This document shows, piece by piece, positions 59,801 to 64,000 of a stretch of 64,000 nucleotides of DNA. The number at the start of each line of letters is the position of its first letter. The stretch's first letter is position 1. Position numbers and translations under genes: made by a program. The notes below the pieces were generated by a model. It did no database searches. It saw nothing but the letters and a program-made list of their open reading frames with translations, and was not told where the DNA came from. Origin of the DNA: Haliotis rubra (lineage: Eukaryota); NCBI RefSeq assembly GCF_003918875.1, contig NW_025766558.1, forward strand, positions 310,001-374,000, given 5' to 3'.

Positions 59801-60898
59801 AAAAAAATCAACAGGCTAAATAAGTTAAACCTTGAATCTGGATTAAATGGGGAACCGCCATCTTATTTAGGTAAAAGAATCCGATTTTCTGGATTTGTAA
59901 GACTTGTCTTGAATATAATTGCTTCATGTCTTAAAAGGATCCATGTGTCAGGATAGGTCAGTTGTTGCCTACCTGTAGGAAGGGAACTGACATGGCCAGT
60001 AACCCTGCTGGCTAGCGTGATCTTACATAGTCAGCGTTTAAAATTCCCGCCTGCCCGATCGTCCAGAATGGTCTATTTTCATCTCAGACGGTCAGATTTC
60101 AAAAGTAGCCTGTCCGGTGGTCTGGTAGATGTTTTTACCCCTAACAGTAAATACTTCATAATATCAGACAGGTTCTCTTGTCGTCAGTTTGAGGTGTTTA
60201 AGGTATTTATGATAATTATGTTTACTATTGGACAGTTCATTTTACAATAACCAATCACAACACATTTACTGTCAGTATACCTAAACTCGGTATACCTGAT
60301 TTTTTTTCATTGTTGAAAATCGGACAGGCAAGTTTGTATCCGAACTGGTAATTTTTTAAAGTTACCAGTCCGGCTGTTTGGCTTGGAATTTTGTGAGTTT
60401 TAAACACTGACATAGGTTCAGTTGTTGCCTACCTGTAGGAAGGGAATGTACATGGCCAGTAACCCTGCTGGCTGCAGTGATCTTACATAGGTTCTGTTGT
60501 TGCCTACCTGTGGGACCTGGGCAGCCAGACTTCCGGATGGTGTTAGGTTGTAACAGCGCACAATCGCATCCTCTCCGCCTGTGACCACGGCCATGCCATT
60601 CTGTCTGCAACAGAGAAGTGAACCTCTAAACACTGACCTTCAACTGGTTAAAAATTGTTAATGACTAACTTAGTGTGCACCACACTTGGCTTGTCAACAA
60701 ACTGATCAGCTGATTCTATGAAGTAAAAAACGTGGTCACGGCTTTTTGTCATCACCTGAAGAGACTGCCAACACATATGACGTTGAAACTCTCTTTACAA
60801 TTCAGTTCCCACAATCTTTTTATCTCTACTTTATCGAGGCAACCCTCCCCATCTTTCTGTTTGAGTCTCATCTTGGCGCTTCCTTTCTGCACTAACAT
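53816..60898 (-). CDS. Uncharacterised WD40/FG-GAP-like beta-propeller protein, 7 coding exons, about 375 aa, with an apparent +1 frameshift in exon 3
   Basis: Exons 60898-60756, 60604-60508, 59797-59497, 58804-58637, 55913-55761, 55537-55403, 53947-53816; all GT-AG; phases consistent except exon 3 (301 nt). Blade-like motifs AVVTGGEDAIVRCY, LIVADSLGSLTVI, VLVADNAGHIFIL, VALGTQTGAIYLL, LAVADIDSDGVPEAVVGCLDHSMHAI. Confidence 0.8.
54306..54452 (-). mobile_element. SINE family A
   Basis: (gagt)n tail, caccagaaatggg...cattgtacccatgtggggaatc...actaggctacccc. Confidence 0.88.
54495..54892. mobile_element. Helentron-associated / Pearl-like non-autonomous element
   Basis: Starts aaacaaga, internal duplicated segment (agttctgctccggaaaaga twice), (ggac)n microsatellite, terminal stem-loop cccgc...gcggg. 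Confidence 0.65.
54895..55385. repeat. Minisatellite, 33-bp unit, about 15 copies
   Basis: Unit ggctagatacagccacactggcactaagataga; orphan units at about 54274 and 54462 split off by the SINE and the Pearl-like insertion. Confidence 0.97.
57140..57392. mobile_element. Helentron-associated / Pearl-like element, short diverged copy
   Basis: tttggtgaaga...gttttagagtt core shared with 54495-54892; terminal stem-loop tatgtctcc...ggagacata. Confidence 0.55.
57915..58636. repeat. Minisatellite, 24-bp unit, about 30 copies, each containing a minus-strand GTGAGT splice donor
   Basis: Unit tataactcaccacagtgtctagtg; the array starts exactly at the real donor of beta-propeller exon 4 (58635-58636). Confidence 0.96.
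59953..60511. repeat. 75-bp tandem duplication including a splice donor, split by a MITE
   Basis: gttgttgcctacctgt at 59961, 60421 and 60496; unit continues aggaagggaa...catggccagtaaccctgctggct...gtgatcttacatag. Confidence 0.88.
60032..60409. mobile_element. hAT-like MITE
   Basis: TIRs cagcgtttaaaatt / agttttaaacactg; flanks acatagt / acataggt (imperfect TSD). Confidence 0.7.
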
Positions 60899-61271
60899 AG
60901 TTTCACTCGAAAAGAGAGTTTTTAAGGGGAGAATACTCTGCTGGACGAGCAAATTTAAGAGACCTGCGATACTGAAAGAATCGGCCGGCAAATCTTCCGT
61001 TACAAGCTGTCATCTGACAGCAGACGGGATTCTAGTTTGTTTTTCTGTTTGTTTACATTGATACATTCAATGAGTAGGTTTTTAAAACATTTCACATACA
61101 TCTGATCGGCGGGAAAAGACACCCCCTTTCTTTTTATAATATTTCCTCTACCCAAAACTCAGGGGCAAAGTATATGATGATACATGAAGTTTTCGAACAA
61201 TGCTTGGTGTGCACTTCAGAGGAAGGATTTAATTGCATGTTTGTCATAGTTTCAGATTCTGTTGGGGGAGA

Positions 61272-61411
61272 NNNNNNNNNNNNNNNNNNNNNNNNNNNNN
61301 NNNNNNNNNNNNNNNNNNNNNNNNNNNNNNNNNNNNNNNNNNNNNNNNNNNNNNNNNNNNNNNNNNNNNNNNNNNNNNNNNNNNNNNNNNNNNNNNNNNN
61401 NNNNNNNNNNN
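61272..61411. other. Assembly gap (140 N)
   Basis: Run of N. Confidence 1.
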
Positions 61412-61563
61412 ACATAAGATCGATAAGATAAGATATTTATTGCACAGCATTCCACGAGGGAACAGTTGCAATATTCTATATAAAACAAATGTAAACATAT
61501 TAGGTACACAGATATAGATATACAGATACATTTCACATATTAATGATGTACATTACATAAATT

Positions 61564-62093
61564 TCAATAATAACAATAAAAGTTTTTGCTGCATTTTTTG
61601 TTCTTTCCGTGGATAACTACTTTGGATTTATCATGGTTAATTTGTAGGTTATTTATGGTGCAATATCGTGATACATTGTTCAATAGCATTTGAGATTTAA
61701 GGGGTGAATCTGATAATAACAAGATATTATCAGCAAATAATAAATGGCATATTTGAATATTATTCAGTTTTAGTCCTAGTATTTCTGGTTGTAGATATAA
61801 ATGTATATCGTTTATAAATATATTAAAGAGTGTTGGTGATAATGTACATCCATATCGAACACCGGTGTTTGATGCAAACGGCATAGACAACCCTTGTTGT
61901 GTTTTTAGCTGATATTTCACATTTGAGTACATGGAGCATATGGACGGTAACATGTTACCATTAATTTCATGTATATTTAGTTTGTTGAGCAACAGATTTC
62001 TGTCATCTGTGTCCCTGGCTTTTTTAAATCGATGAAGCAAGCATAGATATTCTTCCGCTTACGTTCATATTTATCAATTAGATAGCGCTGAAT
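61564..62093 (-). pseudogene. Decayed non-LTR retrotransposon (LINE) reverse transcriptase fragment
   Basis: YACFID-x-KKARD (frameshifted), GVRYGCTLSPTLFNIFIND, HLLFADNILLLS (degenerate YADD), LQINHDKSKVV. Weak remnants continue beyond 63128. Confidence 0.88.
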
Positions 62094-63120
62094 GGTTATA
62101 TCCCAAAACTTCCACATCCCAATACTACTACACATTGTTAAAACAACAACTCCTCATCACCCCTTTTTATGTAATAGGATAGCCCGGGAAGTGCACTGAA
62201 CTGAAACAACTGATAATGACAACAAGTAGAAATATATATAATAGTTAATAAATCTGAAATATATTAATATAAATTCGTGCATATTTCATGTAGGCAAAAA
62301 TGTAAATTTTGTTTTCTTGTATTACCTTGAAATGTTGTTGTTTACGTTCATAGTACTCTGAATATACAAATGCAAAACATAAATTATGCAAGCTTAACCT
62401 ACGTTTAAGGTACATGTATATTAAGATATGTAGATTTAAGATAAAACATGGCTAATGAGTTTTGAAATTTTATATTTATTGCTTAAAATGGGCCAACAAG
62501 CCTAATAATTCCTTTCAATTCTGATTTGCAAATATAAAGTAATATACCAAATCCAGGCATAAACACATAAATCAATTTTAATTAAATAAGGAAATTGATA
62601 ATGTTATGGTATGGACCATTAATTGTTATGGTAGTGGCACAATAACTGTAGTGACATTTGTAATAATAGCAAGTTTTTGTGTTTACTTTAAAAGATAATT
62701 TAATGAAATTTGTCAGTCAGATATTAGCAGAATGTTTAAAGAATATTTAATAGGCAAAAGATTTACTTATGGATGTCCCTGCCATCGAAAAACAGGTAAA
62801 GACTGCATGTTACTGCAGTGACACTGTGACGGTATATAATGTCGCTACCGTAACGGCCCTATCACAGCCGTGTTCTTCTACGGAACCGTCCACATGCTCC
62901 AACAACAGTACAGAGTGACAGGGTTATGACTGCCAAATGTGCGGGTGAAATCTTGGATATATAATTTATTACTTAGTCATTGTTTGTATTCGTTACTAAT
63001 TAACGGGTTAAACCATTACAGACTGGGGTAATCAGTATGCTAAAGTGTGTGCAGTCAACCAGGAATGTTGTTGTTATAAGATGTGGAAGTTTTGGGATGT
63101 GGAAGTTTTGGGAGGATACC
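62094..63120. mobile_element. Merlin-like non-autonomous DNA transposon inserted in the LINE
   Basis: 8-bp TSD cgctgaat (62086-62093, 63121-63128); GG...CC termini; ~60-bp imperfect TIRs built on tcccaaaacttccaca. Confidence 0.82.
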
Positions 63121-63941
63121 CGCTGAATACGTCTTATAATCGTGATACGGTGGCATCAGAGGGCGTTGGCATCAGCATTGTATGTCGATCCCATCTGCAC
63201 CATACCAATGGCTCTTTCTCTCTCTTCAGCTGTTAATCGTGGCATATTTGTCGTACTTTTATACCATAACATGCATTCTACTCTCTCTTTATACCTTATA
63301 GAATCATTCTACACGTGAAATGAATGCAAATACTGCTTGAATATTGCTACATTTTGGCGATTGATGTTGCTATTTGTAAATAGAAAATGGACAAATATTA
63401 CTTGGCAAGCAAAAATGTTAACAAAGATAATTTTAGATGTTCCTAAACACTTCTTCACAATATCAAAGACATTTTTTACTTATTTTCACTAATGCAAATC
63501 AGCAGAAATATTTTAAAAGACTGAAAGCATAGGAATGATTCTTTTATAATTTTACACACTCTACAACAGTCGTTTCTTGTTTTAATAGTTGAAAATTGAT
63601 GACTTTAAATTGTTTATCTTTGTCTCAGGGCAGAATTTTATTTCAACCTTTCTTTTGGACATCTAAATCACTGTTATTGGTTTATTTCAGCATGGTCGAA
63701 GATAGGACAATTTAATTCCTCTGAAAAAGATGCAATATGAATGCATTTGAGAAATTGTTTCGTGATTTGCATAAAGCTGTGTTGTTAAGCTTTCTTGTAA
63801 ACTAATACCTTCTAACTTATTTTTTTCGTGATTTGCTTAAAGCTGTGTTGTTAAGCTTAATTTCTTGTAAACTAATACCTTCTAACATATCTTTGATAGT
63901 TTTTAAGTAATTCATACAGGTGGATGGGTAACGTTTGTTTT

Positions 63942-63983
<42 letters not shown>

Positions 63984-64000
63984 TGAGTGAGTGAGTGAGT
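63942..64000. repeat. (GT)n microsatellite followed by (GAGT)n, probably the tail of a SINE running off the window
   Basis: Direct reading. Confidence 0.9.

Noticed and set aside
61134-61536. ORFs containing X runs
   Set aside because: Artefacts of the N gap.

Overview
Eukaryotic (metazoan) genomic DNA, most likely a gastropod mollusc; the (GAGT)n-tailed tRNA-derived SINEs resemble those I associate with abalone, which is an inference. The window holds six complete intron-containing genes that I reconstructed exon by exon from splice signals and reading phase: NUDT22 (-), RSPH9 (+), MRPS18A (-), RPS6KC1 (-), ARL2 (+, first intron U12-type) and an unnamed WD40/FG-GAP-like beta-propeller gene (-, one apparent frameshift). 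There is also a probable lysine-rich last exon of an upstream gene. Introns and intergenic DNA are filled with about 17 minisatellite arrays, three SINE families, several MITEs (P-, hAT-, Harbinger-, Merlin- and Helentron-like), a decayed DD~82E IS630-Tc1-mariner element interrupted by a P-like foldback element, a decayed LINE and one assembly gap. The most notable observations are four. (1) Five unrelated intronic minisatellites in RPS6KC1 all carry RFX X-box-like motifs, roughly 150 sites. (2) 5' splice donors have been duplicated three times independently, including an in-frame ladder of about 30 donors. (3) Three unrelated elements share a 'long terminal hairpin + short inverted repeat + TGACGTCA' architecture. 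(4) The gene cluster looks like a pre-vertebrate ancestral block whose members lie in paralogous human regions. None of these has been confirmed as a new system; each needs the checks given.
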